From IMG/VR virus record IMGVR_UViG_3300031825_000012, positions 1 through 60,346 of that record: a stretch of 60,346 nucleotides of DNA, one strand, 5' to 3'. Within the stretch, counting starts at the first letter, position 1. Every line of letters begins with the position of its first letter. Made by a program: the position numbers and the translations under genes. This stretch comes from a virus. The notes beneath the pieces are model-generated. The model saw only the letters and a list, made by a program, of their open reading frames with translations, made no database searches and was not told the origin of the DNA. Below, piece after piece: positions 59,726 to 60,346 of this stretch.

Positions 59726-59913
59726 TCGTCCGCAACTCGGCAAAGTGCCTTCTCTGCGGCGAGGAAATCGAGAGCCGCAGCACGCACGATTTCCGGACTT
59801 GTAAGTGCGGCAACCTCTCTGTTGACGGCGGCCGCGAATATCTGCGTCGGGTGTTCGGCTCCGGCGACACTCGCTACGAGGACACCAGCATCGTTGAACC
59901 GGAGGCGGCATGA
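59722..59913 (+). CDS. Small zinc-ribbon-like protein (63 aa)
   Basis: Internal ATG of ORF 59671..59913 (ATGA overlap). CLLCGEEIESRSTHDFRTCKCGNLSVDGG. Confidence 0.55.
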   Translation: MIVRNSAKCLLCGEEIESRSTHDFRTCKCGNLSVDGGREYLRRVFGSGDTRYEDTSIVEPEAA

Positions 59914-60236
59914 GACGCGCGATTCCGTTCTGCCCAAATTGGGGGCGCCATATGCGCGTGACCGACAGTCGAGAAAACGACGTGGGCATTCGGCGACGCC
60001 GCCACTGCAACGGATGTCAAACGCGCGTCACCACTATCGAGATGCCAAAGGATCATTACGAGACGCTCCTGCGGCGGCTTGATCTGCTGGGGAACGGCGA
60101 GTTAGCGAAACAACTTCGTGACATGGCCTGCCTTCTCGATGGTGATGCCGTAGCGCCAGTCCCCACGAAAGTTGGACACGTCGTCATGCCCAGAAATGGC
60201 GCAGCAAGGTCGGATACGAGAGGTGGTGTTGCATGA
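59910..60236 (+). CDS. NrdR-like ribbon protein, degenerate first knuckle, no ATP-cone (108 aa); paralog of 1180..1488
   Basis: FCPNWGRHMRVTDSRENDVGIRRRRHCNGCQTRVTTIE. The C-terminus ...RGGVA is identical to that of the paralog. Confidence 0.7.
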   Translation: MRRAIPFCPNWGRHMRVTDSRENDVGIRRRRHCNGCQTRVTTIEMPKDHYETLLRRLDLLGNGELAKQLRDMACLLDGDAVAPVPTKVGHVVMPRNGAARSDTRGGVA

Positions 60237-60346
60237 GCGACCTTACCGCCTCCATCAAACTCGACAACGGGACTGTCATCACTGTCACCCGCTCGAATAA
60301 CGCGGCCGGCGAGACCGTTCTTTCCATCGACCACGGCAAGGAATCA
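60220..60346. repeat. Right copy of the 127-bp terminal direct repeat
   Basis: Identical to bases 1-127 by direct comparison. Confidence 0.95.
60233..60346 (+). CDS. Duplicate 5' part of gene 14..202, caused by the terminal overlap; not a separate gene
   Basis: Identical to 14-127. Confidence 0.6.
   Translation, partial: MSDLTASIKLDNGTVITVTRSNNAAGETVLSIDHGKES

Noticed and set aside
1-60346. Search for a reverse transcriptase/DGR, retron, CRISPR array, transposase/IS or rRNA
   Set aside because: No YxDD-type RT motif, no template/variable repeat pair, no regularly spaced repeats, no DDE or TnpB-like ORF, and no rRNA-like sequence were seen on either strand.

Overview
This window is a complete, circularly closed genome of a temperate tailed phage or excised prophage, about 60% GC. 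The first 127 nt recur exactly as the last 127 nt, which looks like an assembly overlap, so the unit length is 60,219 bp. GcrA-like regulators and a CcrM-class DPPY methyltransferase suggest an alphaproteobacterial host; this is inference. Layout: (1) An immunity switch: an S24/LexA-type CI-like repressor (58403-59206, minus), a Cro-like HTH (59256-59507, plus), and ATACGC-N2-GCGTAT-type palindromes at both divergent promoter regions. (2) A rightward early operon that crosses the junction. It carries two NrdR-like zinc-ribbon proteins without an ATP-cone, two GcrA-like proteins, a DUF1064 nuclease, a ParB-like protein, a DNA methyltransferase and a PD-(D/E)xK nuclease. It also carries a gp4-like primase-helicase split by a frame change, a Tat-signal protein and an OmpR-type winged-helix protein. 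(3) An 867-nt ORF-free, hairpin-rich block, a reverse-oriented three-gene cassette and a tRNA-Gly(UCC). (4) A late operon: terminase, portal, scaffold, capsid, strong terminator, adaptor, BTLCP-like peptidase, fibres, glycine-rich proteins and large internal-virion-like proteins. No tape-measure or sheath gene was recognised, so a short tail is inferred. (5) Accessory genes: a TylF-like methyltransferase, secreted and TM proteins, a metallophosphoesterase and an HslV-like Ntn hydrolase. (6) A lysis cassette with a GH24 endolysin, tiny TM ORFs and overlapped spanins. (7) An HNH endonuclease, a tRNA-Leu-like 5' fragment (candidate attP), integrase and excisionase. (8) A 13-kb leftward early operon with RecT, a RecE-like exonuclease, further HNH genes, many small unknowns and a 394-aa unknown. 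No CRISPR array, rRNA, transposase or reverse transcriptase was seen. All family calls come from reading motifs by eye, not from searches. Many start codons were refined from the ORF track using ATGA/GTGA stop-start overlaps and Shine-Dalgarno-like purine runs. The best candidates for something undescribed are the ORF-free structured block with its neighbouring reverse cassette (10.57-12.41 kb), the phosphoesterase/Ntn-hydrolase accessory cluster (37.5-40.0 kb), and the ATP-cone-less NrdR-like paralogs.
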